Shown: piece after piece, positions 10,432-22,603 of the stretch | Layout: each line of letters begins with the position of its first letter | How positions within the stretch are numbered: the stretch's first letter is position 1 | From: Candidatus Glassbacteria bacterium | GTDB taxonomy: Bacteria > Gemmatimonadota > CAZMKB01 | Length of the DNA: 64,000 nucleotides | Assembly: GCA_046760905.1 (NCBI GenBank) | Contig: JBHIFB010000001.1 | Coordinates: forward strand, 38,064-102,063 | Direction of reading: 5' to 3' | Translations under genes and position numbers: made by a program | Notes under the pieces: generated by a model | Databases searched by the model: none | What the model saw: only the letters and a program-made list of their open reading frames with translations | Told to the model about the DNA's origin: nothing

Positions 10432-10603
10432 CGAGGCTCCTGGAGACCTTTCCAGCTCCATCATTTGTTTTATGAAAAACTTGTTTTAACAGAATAAGGA
10501 AACGTTTTCTGGAATAAAATGGGTAAATATGTAGCTTAATTTAAGAAAATTTCGGAAAATTTTAACATTATTGTATACTCATCAAATATATTTAAATTTA
10601 TCC

Positions 10604-10632
10604 TTGACAAACGGGAAAAAATGTGATAAAAA
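10604..10632 (+). promoter_or_regulatory. candidate promoter TTGACA-N17-TAAAAA upstream of the XRE-family regulator
   Basis: A -35 consensus hexamer in an AT-rich 300-nt intergenic region, with a TG dinucleotide in the extended -10 position. The -10 itself is weak. Confidence 0.3.
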
Positions 10633-10678
10633 TAATAAGGTATTTCACCCCAAACAAACGTAAGGGAGGTAATATAAA

Positions 10679-11362
10679 ATGCTGAAGGACATTCTCAAGA
10701 GCCGGATGCGTGAGCTTGGGCTCAACTACGCGAAATTGGCGAAGCTCGCAGGCATCTCTGATGTTTATGTCGGGAAAATCATCTCAGGCAGCAGAGTTCC
10801 CTCGGCACGGATTCTCAAAGCACTGTCTGAAGCCCTTGACCTGGATTACAATCTACTGAGAATCGAGGCATACAAGCAGAAGGCGCCTAAGGGGATAAAT
10901 GTCGTCTTTTCAAATGATGAGAGCCTCTCGGAAATAAAGATCAAGGACGCGGGCTTAAAGAATATTCCTGTGTTGACACCAGAGTCATGGGATAACGCCA
11001 GGGACATTCAGTACATGATCAAATCGCTCGACTCGATTGAGACGATCGAACCGAGTTTTTCCGACGATCCTCAGGCTTTCTGGGTCATGGTTCCCGAGAG
11101 TTCCAAAGGGAACGGGATGATAGGTGGTCGCATAGGCGCAGGGGATTATCTGCTTATAGAGCCAAACAAAGAGCCATCGAACGGAAACTACGTGCTCACG
11201 CTCGGCGAGCACAAGGTGGGGATTTCCATTTTCTACGAAACAGAGAAAGGCAAGTTCTACGTTCCCATCAATGCAATGGGAAATCCGCCAGACTACTTCT
11301 CAGGAAAGGAGCTCGGCTACACTCATTACAGGATAAGCCGAATTCTGACGAAGTTTCATTAA
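10679..11362 (+). CDS. XRE-family HTH transcriptional regulator with C-terminal LexA/CI-type S24 peptidase-like domain; the catalytic Ser appears to be replaced
   Basis: Strong RBS AGGGAGG. N-terminal HTH (LAKLAGISDVYVGKIISG). C-terminal KGNGMIGG...GDYLLIEP resembles the S24 GDSM...GDLV(V/L)V core, but reads GNGM. Confidence 0.7.
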   Translation: MLKDILKSRMRELGLNYAKLAKLAGISDVYVGKIISGSRVPSARILKALSEALDLDYNLLRIEAYKQKAPKGINVVFSNDESLSEIKIKDAGLKNIPVLTPESWDNARDIQYMIKSLDSIETIEPSFSDDPQAFWVMVPESSKGNGMIGGRIGAGDYLLIEPNKEPSNGNYVLTLGEHKVGISIFYETEKGKFYVPINAMGNPPDYFSGKELGYTHYRISRILTKFH

Positions 11363-11437
11363 AAGACAAACCGAAACTCTGCCAGAACGGATCGTACTGT
11401 CTCATACTCGCTTGAGAAACTCAATCCATATTTAAGA

Positions 11438-12022
11438 TCAGATAGTCAGTACAATATCCGCCTTGAACTCGTTCAGCACCGCTTTCCCCAGAAGTGGGCC
11501 TGAGCCGCTCTGAGTCTCGAACCTGAGTTTCGCGGCATACTGGAATTTCTTTTTCTCGAAAAGCCCCTTCAACCTCTCATCTGCCGTAATCGTCAATCCG
11601 CCGTTAGTGGTGTGCTGAGGCCTGAGCTCTATCTTCTCGCTGAATATCCCCGGGACCGAAAACGGATCTTCACCAACCTCGCTGAAATAAACGATGTATT
11701 GTAGATTGGCCCAACCGCTCTCATTGATCATATCGTATCCGACGAAAAGATTCACCGACTCGATCGATTTCACGTCCCCGATTTCATCAGTGATGTCAAT
11801 GGTCTTTGCGGGGCTCTCGATCTCAGTCACTCCGCCATCGCCGGGGATCTGAGGATCCTCGCCATATACGAGCTCCTTCTGGGACGGGTCGAGATAATTG
11901 ATGAGGTTGAACTGCAACTCTATAACCGTATCTCCGATCGTCTCGCCGACATCGAACAGGTTGGACTTGCACGATGAAAAACAGAGGAGAATCACGCATG
12001 TAGCCGTAATGTACTTCGCCAT
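11438..12022 (-). CDS. hypothetical lipoprotein
   Basis: Signal peptide ending in a Cys-containing lipobox-like motif (LLCFSSC). No recognisable catalytic motif. Confidence 0.5.
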   Translation of the reverse strand: MAKYITATCVILLCFSSCKSNLFDVGETIGDTVIELQFNLINYLDPSQKELVYGEDPQIPGDGGVTEIESPAKTIDITDEIGDVKSIESVNLFVGYDMINESGWANLQYIVYFSEVGEDPFSVPGIFSEKIELRPQHTTNGGLTITADERLKGLFEKKKFQYAAKLRFETQSGSGPLLGKAVLNEFKADIVLTI

Positions 12023-12244
12023 GAGTTACATCCCTCCTTTCAAATTTTTCAATTTGCCTCCTTGTGAATCAGCAATAAATATGCCTGTATGTAAAAACGA
12101 TTTGTGTATCTTTCAATACGCTGATACGCTTACTGCGTAATGGGATAGGAGTGAGGATCTTGGCAGGTGAGTGCAAGAATCCTGACATATCTTTGAAAAT
12201 AATGCGGACACTATGAATCTTTTCCAGAATGTGAATTTGTGAGA

Positions 12245-13036
12245 TCAGTCGAAAGGGGGTCGTATGCGGAAGTCTTTGATTTCGTGTATGGGAAGCTGGA
12301 GAAGCAGGGGGCTTTTCTGAGGATCGAGCCAACCCAGGAGGCGAAGGAGATCCGGCCTGGAAAGAGCAGTACAACCTGCAGTGGGCATCTTTGCCGACTT
12401 CCAGATGTGAATGAAAATAGCGCTGCCCTTGCCCTTCACAACCGGATCCGAATTGTGTTTGATGACGATACCGAGCGAATATAAGCCGTCGGGTCTCAAC
12501 ATCCTTTCAAAAGATCTCCACCGGGCTGACGGGTCCTTTCCTGACTCCAGTCTTACCCATCTGTTGTAATCTTCAGACAAAGGATCATCGACGAAGTAGT
12601 CATCTTTAGTTATGCTTCTGTAAGGCATTCTTGTCCCCTCCGGGGGCAGCGAGTCATATCCAAAAGCAGTTTGAAATTCGAATGCGCCGGCCGGAGAACG
12701 CCCATCGCCCTCTGTCTTAAGAGGCCCTTCTTTCGCATCCCAGGGAATCCCGCACCCCCAACCCATACCATTTCTACCGACAACAACATCCATGCAAGTT
12801 CCACTCTCACGCCAGCCTCCTTCCACTCTTTCGAAGAGCCTCATCGTCCCGGAGTCCGCTTCCCATCCGTCAGTGGTCACGAGGACTACCTGATCCACCC
12901 CATCAGGAACATTTACTTCTTTCAGGCTGCGCTCCAGGCTGCTCACACAGGAGAGAGCTGAGAGTGGGACTATTGGATAAAGAAGAAATGCAAGGGTATG
13001 CCTAAGACTTTTGAGCGCCATGTGTCCACGTTTCAT
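12245..13036 (-). CDS. L,D-transpeptidase (YkuD family)
   Basis: Catalytic motif HIW...PTAGCTALS (the His ... Ser/Thr-x-G-C signature). Signal peptide; start assigned to the internal Met (MKRGHM...). The longest ORF would abut the tRNA. Confidence 0.75.
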   Translation of the reverse strand: MKRGHMALKSLRHTLAFLLYPIVPLSALSCVSSLERSLKEVNVPDGVDQVVLVTTDGWEADSGTMRLFERVEGGWRESGTCMDVVVGRNGMGWGCGIPWDAKEGPLKTEGDGRSPAGAFEFQTAFGYDSLPPEGTRMPYRSITKDDYFVDDPLSEDYNRWVRLESGKDPSARWRSFERMLRPDGLYSLGIVIKHNSDPVVKGKGSAIFIHIWKSAKMPTAGCTALSRPDLLRLLGWLDPQKSPLLLQLPIHEIKDFRIRPPFD

Positions 13037-13095
13037 GGTTGGTGACCATATCCCCCGATGGAAACAAAAAATCCCGGAACTCCACATGGCCCCGG

Positions 13096-13172
<77 letters not shown>

Positions 13173-13221
13173 CCACCCCGCGATTTAATAAAATATATTA
13201 TGATGATTTTCTCATGTCAAG

Positions 13222-13605
13222 TCAATCACTGCCCGTTTTCGGTCCGCGTTTTTTATCGAACTCCGGCCCCTCCCTGGCAGTCACAACCTCACCCGCTGTT
13301 TCACCCTCATTGGCAGGCCCATCTACGATAATCGCCTTGAACAGCTTCTCACCAGGTTTCACCATACCGGCTTTCTCCCTGGCTAGCCTCTCCAGTTCAA
13401 AGGGATCGTCTCCCACCCTCTTCTCTTCTAGAAGAAGGCTGTCTTTCTCATGCTCCATCTCCGCGAGCGTTTTCTTGAGATCCTCCTTCTCGAGGTAAAG
13501 AGATCCTACATTTGTGAGGCTGTAGTCTCCAATCAATGCTATGTGCGCGACGACGGCAATTATCGCGATGAGCACGATCCTCGTGAAGAGCTTACGTCCT
13601 CTCAT
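13222..13605 (-). CDS. ftsB: FtsB/DivIC-like septum formation initiator
   Basis: Short N-terminal transmembrane helix followed by a coiled-coil (LYLEKEDLKKTLAEMEHEKDSL). Start chosen at the Met 4 nt downstream of the eno stop; eno-ftsB is a common gene order. Confidence 0.55.
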   Translation of the reverse strand: MRGRKLFTRIVLIAIIAVVAHIALIGDYSLTNVGSLYLEKEDLKKTLAEMEHEKDSLLLEEKRVGDDPFELERLAREKAGMVKPGEKLFKAIIVDGPANEGETAGEVVTAREGPEFDKKRGPKTGSD

Positions 13606-13609
13606 CCGG

Positions 13610-15922
<2,313 letters not shown>

Positions 15923-15945
<23 letters not shown>

Positions 15946-17575
15946 TCCAGTGAAACCTGGTCACGCCTCCCGGTGATGCGAACCATACGTAGTCACCATC
16001 GATCATTATATCGGTTACAGGTGCCTCGATCAAGCTGAAGTTGCCTGGATGATAGCTCACCCATGCACCGAGTTCCATATTGTATCTCTCAACTCCGGTA
16101 TCCGTTCCGACCCACACGTTAAAGCTGTCGACGACGACCGAACGTAGAGCCAAACCTGTCACAGGTCCAGGGAAAGGATCTTTCAGCAGCGTCCCCTCCT
16201 TTACGTCCAATAGATATAGGCCTCTATCTGTGGCCAAATAGAGATCCCCCCTCCAATAGGAAAGAGCCCGGATGCCAATGACTGCGCTACCACCGAAGGG
16301 TCCATGAGTGAGCATAATCGAACCATCCTCCAGGATCGAGAATAGACCCCTTCCCGTTCCTATCCAGATCCTTTCCCCTCCCCCGACCAGCTCGTGCACC
16401 TCAGCAGTTGAAGAAACGCTTGATATCTTAGTCACCGATAGAGAATCAACGTCAAGCTTCGCGAGACCACCCCTTGTGCCGATCCACAACACACTGCCAC
16501 TCTTTTCGAGACTCAACACGGAATCATCAGGAAGACCATTTCTCCTCGTGAATTTCTTCCAGGTTTCCTTCTTCAGGTCAAGACGCGCCAGTCCCGTACT
16601 CGTCGCAATCCAGAGACAATCTCCGGCCACTTCGATATCGCTGATCACACCACCCCTGAGCTGAGGTGTGTACTCCTTCTCGTAGTACTTCCACTCGTTC
16701 GCTTTTCTCGACAGACGGGTGATACCGCCGTGTTGAAGATCGAAGACATCTCCCCCGGCAAACCATATGTAATCTTCGTCTCCCGCCAGAGCGGTAACGG
16801 ACTTTGAAGCTAGTCCATATCGATATCTCTTCCAGAAATGTGAGAGCTTTGAAACACTGTATAGATTACCGCCCCACGTGCCAACCCACACCATGCCCCA
16901 ATCGTCTTCGACTACCGCCGTTATCGGGTAGCTCCGCAAGTTTTCATCCGGGTCTGTCCGCGAGTTCAGAAAAGGGTACCTATCAGATCCGAAGAGTCCG
17001 GCGTCTATAGGGCCCCTTTTTTTTACCTTATCCCCCTCAGGGACGCTCCCTTGCGGAATCCTCTCCATGTGGTCGATGCCCTTTCTGAATCTGCCCCACG
17101 AACCCGAACTCTTCACATACACGTAATTGCTAAACTCACCGGCTCCGATTACGATCTCCTGAATTTCACCGCCGGCGAACCCACCCGCTTTCCCAAGCAC
17201 ACGCCATGACTTCAAATCTATATTGTACACGGCGAGACCGGACCTGGTGCCGCACCACAGTTCTCCGCGTTCGGGATCATAGGCGACAACCAGAACCTCC
17301 CTGTGAGGGAGGCCGTCACTCACTGTGAGTGGTGTCTCCCACACATGCTGAACATAATTGTACCTTTCAATACCTCCGGATGTCGCTATGTAAAGTATTC
17401 TGTGATCCATATCCAGAGAGTTGACAAATCTGAAGTCCGTGAGAGAAACCCAGTCGCCTTCCCTGTATATCGTGCTGAGGTACTCTGAGTGAAGAGGCTG
17501 TGTCCGGGCCAGTAGCATTAGAACCATGGAAACAGCGGGAACCAGGATAGAGCATGTCCTATTCAATGTCTTCAT
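15923..17575 (-). CDS. beta-propeller protein with two-component-regulator-propeller (Reg_prop) type repeats, secreted
   Basis: Repeated YVWFASPGG/IWIGTxxGL-like blades. Signal peptide after the internal Met (MKTLNRTCSILVPAVSMVLMLL); that start clears the upstream nnr stop. Confidence 0.65.
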
Positions 17576-19133
17576 CCTCGATATCGAGATCACCGGCCAG
17601 CACAAAGGGCAGCAGATCGAGCACATCGGTGGCCGTGAGCCCCATCTCCCCTCTCTCTGCCATCGCCTCATCCCCGGCGAGGCCATGGAAGTATGATGCC
17701 GCCACTGCCGATTGGAATGGGCTTTGTCCCTGAGCGATCAGTGAGGACACGGCGCCTGTCAGCACGTCGCCGGTGCCTCCGGAAGCCAGCCCGGCGTTTC
17801 CTGTGCTGTTTATGCATGTGAAACCGTCGGGATGCGATATGACCGTAGGAGCGCCTTTAAGGAGTAGTATGACTCCCCATTCCTCGGCCCAGCGACTGGC
17901 ATACTCGATCCTATCACTGTTTATATCAGCCGGTGCCTCTCCTATGAGCCTTCCGAGTTCTCCCGGATGGGGTGTGATGACCGTCGGCCATCTTCTCTTT
18001 GCAAGAATACCGGGGTCGTCTGAAATTGCATTGATACCGTCTGCATCGAGAACGATGGGTCGATTGACGCGTTTGAGGAGTTCTACCACGAGTTCTTTTG
18101 TTTCCGGGTGTTGGGAAAGGCCCGGTCCGATAGCGACACAGCTCGCATTTTCAGCCAATTCGAGAGATTTTCCCAAGGCTTTGATCGAGAGTGATCTCGA
18201 TTCGGTTTCTGGAAGGGGTTTCGTGATGACCTCGGTGAGCTTCGCCTCCAGGATATCGTTCAGGGACTGTGGAACTCCCAGATGCACGAGACCCGCACCG
18301 CAGAGAAGTGCGGCCTGGCCCGCAAGAGCTGCAGCACCAGTGAAACCTACCGAGCCGGAGATTATAAGGACGGTCCCGCAAGTGCCCTTATGGGCATCGG
18401 GTGGTCTTTCCGGAAGGAAATAATGTGCGTCCTCCCATTCCACGACGGCTGCCGATATAGATGACTCATCGATGACCTTCTTCGGTATTCCTATGTCGAC
18501 GATCGAGAGCTGTCCGCAGTATTCTCTCCCGGGGAAAAGGAAATGTCCTCTTTTAGGCAGACCAAAGGTGACCGTGAGATCTGCACGGAAAGCATCTCCC
18601 ATGAGAGATCCCCTATCCATCTCCACCCCTGTAGGGGCATCGACTGCCACCTTGAAAACTTCTATATTGTTGACCATTGATACTATCCTGAGAAGCTGGT
18701 CGGGAAGCTTTCCCTTCGCACCGGTTCCGAGCATCGCATCTATAACGACATCCGTCTCCTGCAAAGCCCGTCTGAAAGCAGAAAACGATCCGCTGCCGGA
18801 AACGCTTTTGATCTTTATATCCAGCTTCTTCGCGAGATCGAGCTGTATCTTCGCATCCCCCTTCACATCCTTCTCTTCACTCGTGAGATACACTTTCACC
18901 ATCGCTCCGAGGCTATCGAGATACCTGGCCACTACCAAACCATCCCCGCCGTTGTTGCCTCGGCCACACACAATCACAACTCTTAAGCCATTCAGATCGT
19001 CGAAGACATCCAGTAGCTCTTCCACCACCCCTCTGCCTGCGTTCTCCATCAGAACGAGGCCCGGGATACCAACACCCTTTATCGTCTCCGAATCAAGGTT
19101 CCTCATCTCCTCGACTTTCGCTACTCGTATCAT
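17559..19133 (-). CDS. nnr: bifunctional NAD(P)H-hydrate repair enzyme Nnr (epimerase/dehydratase)
   Basis: YjeF N-terminal domain (GRGNNGGDGLV) fused to a C-terminal carbohydrate-kinase-like dehydratase domain (GTGDVLTG). Alternative start at 19172. Confidence 0.85.
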   Translation of the reverse strand: MIRVAKVEEMRNLDSETIKGVGIPGLVLMENAGRGVVEELLDVFDDLNGLRVVIVCGRGNNGGDGLVVARYLDSLGAMVKVYLTSEEKDVKGDAKIQLDLAKKLDIKIKSVSGSGSFSAFRRALQETDVVIDAMLGTGAKGKLPDQLLRIVSMVNNIEVFKVAVDAPTGVEMDRGSLMGDAFRADLTVTFGLPKRGHFLFPGREYCGQLSIVDIGIPKKVIDESSISAAVVEWEDAHYFLPERPPDAHKGTCGTVLIISGSVGFTGAAALAGQAALLCGAGLVHLGVPQSLNDILEAKLTEVITKPLPETESRSLSIKALGKSLELAENASCVAIGPGLSQHPETKELVVELLKRVNRPIVLDADGINAISDDPGILAKRRWPTVITPHPGELGRLIGEAPADINSDRIEYASRWAEEWGVILLLKGAPTVISHPDGFTCINSTGNAGLASGGTGDVLTGAVSSLIAQGQSPFQSAVAASYFHGLAGDEAMAERGEMGLTATDVLDLLPFVLAGDLDIEDEDIE

Positions 19134-19836
19134 GATACTCCCTTCCGTCAGGTTGATTGCCTTCGATCTCATCTATTACAGTGAGCAGCTCGACAATATC
19201 ATCTATCTCGTAATCCGCGCCCGACTCAAAAATTCCGAATGTGTCGCCATACTTCGCAAACACAGTCTTTATACCAACCTTCGATGCTCCCACGATATCT
19301 CTTTCGGGCCAATCCCCTACCATCAGCGCTTCGGGCGGTGATATACCGAGCATTGCAAGTGCCTTCTCAAAAGGATCTGGGGCGGGTTTAAGATGGCCCG
19401 TGTCCTCGAAAGTGAGGACATAATCGAAGAAATGGTGAATGTTGAGGGAACACAACCTGAGCCAGGCTTCCTTTCTCGGCGCATCAGAGATGACGGCGAG
19501 CTTTTTGCCCCTTTTTACTATTTCGACCAGAGTCAGCCTCACGTGGGGATAAAGAACGAGAGAGGCTTCCCTGGCCTTCCTGTAAGCCACAATACCGGCT
19601 GAAAGGATCTTGAAATCGATAGTGCCATACGATTCGATCAGAAATTGATCAAACACATTCTGATATTCGATTCCTTCCCTGTCATATATCTCGTATATTT
19701 TTCTTGTTGCCTCCCCTCTATCCATAGATAATCCTGCGTCTATCATTCCCTCAACCGCGGCTTTCACAGCCTCTTCTTTCATCTTAACGAAATCCACAAG
19801 TGTATTGTCTAGATCGAAAATAACCGCTTTGATCAT
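19093..19836 (-). CDS. HAD-superfamily hydrolase (subfamily IA-like)
   Basis: Motif I FDLDNTL at the N-terminus and a motif IV GD near the C-terminus. Confidence 0.75.
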   Translation of the reverse strand: MIKAVIFDLDNTLVDFVKMKEEAVKAAVEGMIDAGLSMDRGEATRKIYEIYDREGIEYQNVFDQFLIESYGTIDFKILSAGIVAYRKAREASLVLYPHVRLTLVEIVKRGKKLAVISDAPRKEAWLRLCSLNIHHFFDYVLTFEDTGHLKPAPDPFEKALAMLGISPPEALMVGDWPERDIVGASKVGIKTVFAKYGDTFGIFESGADYEIDDIVELLTVIDEIEGNQPDGREYHDTSSESRGDEEP

Positions 19837-19885
19837 AAAAAATCCCCTCCTCAGGTTGATCGTTCTGCAGAGGGGGGAAGCTCTC

Positions 19886-20701
19886 CTACTTGATCAGAAT
19901 CCCAGCATAGCCCACTACATAGCTTGTGTCACCACTCACATCGGCTGAATCCGAGTAATCGACCAGATTCGCAACCGTGGCACCGAGCATCTTGGCAGCC
20001 ACCAGCATAGTCGCGACCGGAGCCTTGCCGCACATGGTGATGCCTTCCTCCCTCGTGACGTTGAGGAGACCCTCCGGATCGAGGTCTTCCACCCGCTTTA
20101 TGGCAATGCCATCGAGTTTCCTTGCAACATTCCTCGGCTGGTAATGAGTCATGTCCGAGCTCGCTATGATAAGCACCTCTTCGCCCGATTCCTTGATGAC
20201 GCCGGCTAATGCTTCTCCTATAGTGCGAGCAATATCGAACTCATCATAGCTCGTCACAAGTGGAACAATCTTGATGTCCTGTCTCAGCACCTGTAGGAAA
20301 GGAAGCTGTACCTCGAGGGAATGCTCGTACTCATGAGCTTCCCTGTCCTCACCGATCAGCTCACATTTCGACTTACAACCTTCGGCGATCATTTCCTCGA
20401 TCTCCACCTCACCCATGGGTGTCATGAATGTCCCTCTCGATACGATGCCGGCACCTCCGAAAGTTCTCCCCCTGCCAGTGTGGTTGGGGGCAAGTATGAG
20501 AGCAACCTGGGGAATTTCAACTTGTGAATATACCGCTCCTGCAGTTCGACCCGAATAGATGTAGCCCGCATGCGGGGCGATGAGCCCTATCGCCTTTTCA
20601 ACCGCGGCCACGGGGATCACGAAGCTCTCGATCATCCTCTGGAGTTCGCGTTGCGATTTTGGGTAGAAAGCTCCGCTCACAGCAGGATATCGTTTATACA
20701 T
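19886..20701 (-). CDS. MEMO1-family protein (AmmeMemoRadiSam system protein B-like)
   Basis: N-terminus RYPAVSGAFYP...APHAGYIYSG is typical of Memo/AmmeMemoRadiSam B. 271 aa. Confidence 0.8.
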   Translation of the reverse strand: MYKRYPAVSGAFYPKSQRELQRMIESFVIPVAAVEKAIGLIAPHAGYIYSGRTAGAVYSQVEIPQVALILAPNHTGRGRTFGGAGIVSRGTFMTPMGEVEIEEMIAEGCKSKCELIGEDREAHEYEHSLEVQLPFLQVLRQDIKIVPLVTSYDEFDIARTIGEALAGVIKESGEEVLIIASSDMTHYQPRNVARKLDGIAIKRVEDLDPEGLLNVTREEGITMCGKAPVATMLVAAKMLGATVANLVDYSDSADVSGDTSYVVGYAGILIK

Positions 20702-20793
20702 TTTTCATGACGCTGGTGTTGGAGATCCAGGGGCGTGGGTGGAACCTTGTCCTTCTCCTCGGAAGATATTGTACCCCCAACAAAGTGCAGATA

Positions 20794-21063
20794 TTACTTG
20801 AAGGATTGACCTATAGCCCTTCCGATGCTGATTTCCCCGTTGTCTATACGGAGATTAAATCCACATTCGGGCTGGCTGCATACCCACGCCTTATAGGTAA
20901 TTGGGGCACCATCCCTACCATAATCACTCAACGGTATAAGGAACCCCTGATCACACTTCTGGCACTTCGGAAATCCCTGTTCGATCATAACGTTCACCCC
21001 CCATCCCTCGAGTAGTTCTGGTTCCACCCAACTTCTCTTGCCCACCCTTTTCGGTGACAGCAA
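20794..21063 (-). CDS. small zinc-ribbon protein (CxxC-N24-CxxxxC), unknown function
   Basis: 89 aa with PKCQKCDQG ... WVCSQPECGF. Immediately downstream of the Mut7-C gene on the same strand. Confidence 0.4.
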   Translation of the reverse strand: MLSPKRVGKRSWVEPELLEGWGVNVMIEQGFPKCQKCDQGFLIPLSDYGRDGAPITYKAWVCSQPECGFNLRIDNGEISIGRAIGQSFK

Positions 21064-21134
21064 ATAAAACGCGTCACCATCTTCTATTTAATATTAAATC
21101 CGGGACATGGCGACGTCAACAAGAAAAAAACCCT

Positions 21135-21596
21135 TCACTCAGGAAGCTGAAAAGTCTCCTGCAATCTTTTCCTCATCCTCGTCACGTGTGTCCCGGACCA
21201 GTAAATTTTATCACACCCGCTGCATCTGTAAAAACGTGATTGAGTTGTGTATACATATCTTGGAACCTCATCCACAACATCCTCTTTGAACGTTTCCACT
21301 ATCTCGTGATTGCAGCTCACACATCTCGACAGGAAAGATTCGCCCGTTTGAATGTGGAGTTTATCTTTCAATTCCCTCAATTGTGCAAGCACTTCGTTCG
21401 AATTCACAAGTAGCGAGCGTTTGACTCTGTATTTTGTTAGAAGCTCCCTATCCCGGGTTAGAAGATATCGATTCTCGAGATCTGCTATCCTTGCGAGTTC
21501 CTCATCTCGGTAACTATTAGAATACAGAGTATCATAGCCCAGGATCCGCAACCATTTCGCAAGCTTACCAAGCATCACATCGACTACGAATCTCAA
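21135..21596 (-). CDS. Mut7-C RNase domain protein (PIN-like nuclease with C-terminal zinc ribbon)
   Basis: N-terminus FVVDVMLGKLAKWLRILGYDT is characteristic of the Mut7-C PIN-like fold. C-terminus has CVSCNHEI...CSGCDKIYW. Confidence 0.7.
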   Translation of the reverse strand: MRFVVDVMLGKLAKWLRILGYDTLYSNSYRDEELARIADLENRYLLTRDRELLTKYRVKRSLLVNSNEVLAQLRELKDKLHIQTGESFLSRCVSCNHEIVETFKEDVVDEVPRYVYTTQSRFYRCSGCDKIYWSGTHVTRMRKRLQETFQLPE

Positions 21597-21657
21597 TTTC
21601 CACCCATCTCTTCTATACGGCCATTGCCCTCTCTATCACCGCGTATTCAGAAACCGG

Positions 21658-22098
21658 TCAGTATACTGAGAGAAGATAAAGATGCCACGAAATCACCAGC
21701 ATGTAAGCAATTATAAGGATTAGAATGATCTCTTTCACAAAGGGAAAGTTCTTGTGAATACACAGGAAGAGCACACCAAGGCATGTTATTGCATACTTCA
21801 CATAGAAAAATTCGTTTAAACCCAGCTTAAGGAGAAAATTCATCGTTGGATTTATCTCTCTCGCCCCCCTCTCAACCTGGTGGAGTGTCAACAGGGCATC
21901 CATAATTGATAGGAAGATGAGGAAAAAGGAGGCAATGAATATCTTCGTACCATAAACATCAACGTAGAATCCCGGTTTCCAGTCCTGTGCCCTTCTGGGT
22001 CTCCTCCGCCGTCCCTTCAACAAATACTTCAATGAAGGCCACTTCTGCACCTTCCTCCTGTCCGTGCCCGACCTTTTTTCCCTATGAACTGCTTGCAT
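21658..22098 (-). CDS. hypothetical small membrane protein with an Arg-rich N-terminus
   Basis: A basic N-terminal stretch (RRKVQKW...RRRRPRR) followed by three hydrophobic helices. No motif recognised. Confidence 0.35.
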   Translation of the reverse strand: MQAVHREKRSGTDRRKVQKWPSLKYLLKGRRRRPRRAQDWKPGFYVDVYGTKIFIASFFLIFLSIMDALLTLHQVERGAREINPTMNFLLKLGLNEFFYVKYAITCLGVLFLCIHKNFPFVKEIILILIIAYMLVISWHLYLLSVY

Positions 22099-22172
22099 CC
22101 TTTCCGATACCGGGTTCCCATGAAATAGGGACAGCTCCCTTTCAACTGAAGGGGACCGTGCCCGTTTCTATT

Positions 22173-22532
22173 CTATGTGCGTTTGGTCACAATTTTATTG
22201 CCTTCTCCGAGGACTATTATGGAAGGGTGGAAATTTCTTGCTTTCTCGGGCTCCATCGATGCGAAGGCAAAGACAATTATCCTGTCGCCAACCTTACCGA
22301 GGTGAGCGGTGGCCCCATTCAGGACGACGGCCCCGCTGTTTTTGCTGGCTCTTATGACGTATGTCTCGAAACGATTTCCGTTTGCTAGGTTGCTCACGAG
22401 GACCTTCTCGTATTCGAGGATTCCAGCTTCATCCATGAGGGCCCCGTCTATCGTTAGGCTGCCCTCGTATTCCAGTTCAACGCCGGTTACCATCGCATTA
22501 TGGATCTTCGCCCTGCAAACCGAAACGAGCAT
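22173..22532 (-). CDS. panD: aspartate 1-decarboxylase
   Basis: Pyruvoyl-dependent PanD: Gly-Ser cleavage site in YEGSLTIDG; core FETYVI and AAHLGKVGDRIIV. Confidence 0.85.
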   Translation of the reverse strand: MLVSVCRAKIHNAMVTGVELEYEGSLTIDGALMDEAGILEYEKVLVSNLANGNRFETYVIRASKNSGAVVLNGATAHLGKVGDRIIVFAFASMEPEKARNFHPSIIVLGEGNKIVTKRT

Positions 22533-22603
22533 CTCACTTATCCCTCATTCCACTACTAACATTACCGAAAATATAGAACTCGCAGTTATCCGGGGCAAGA
22601 CTG

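Noticed and set aside
17773-18423. 216-aa plus-strand ORF
   Set aside because: It is antisense to nnr. The high-GC open frame is Pro/Ser/Ala-rich and has no motifs.
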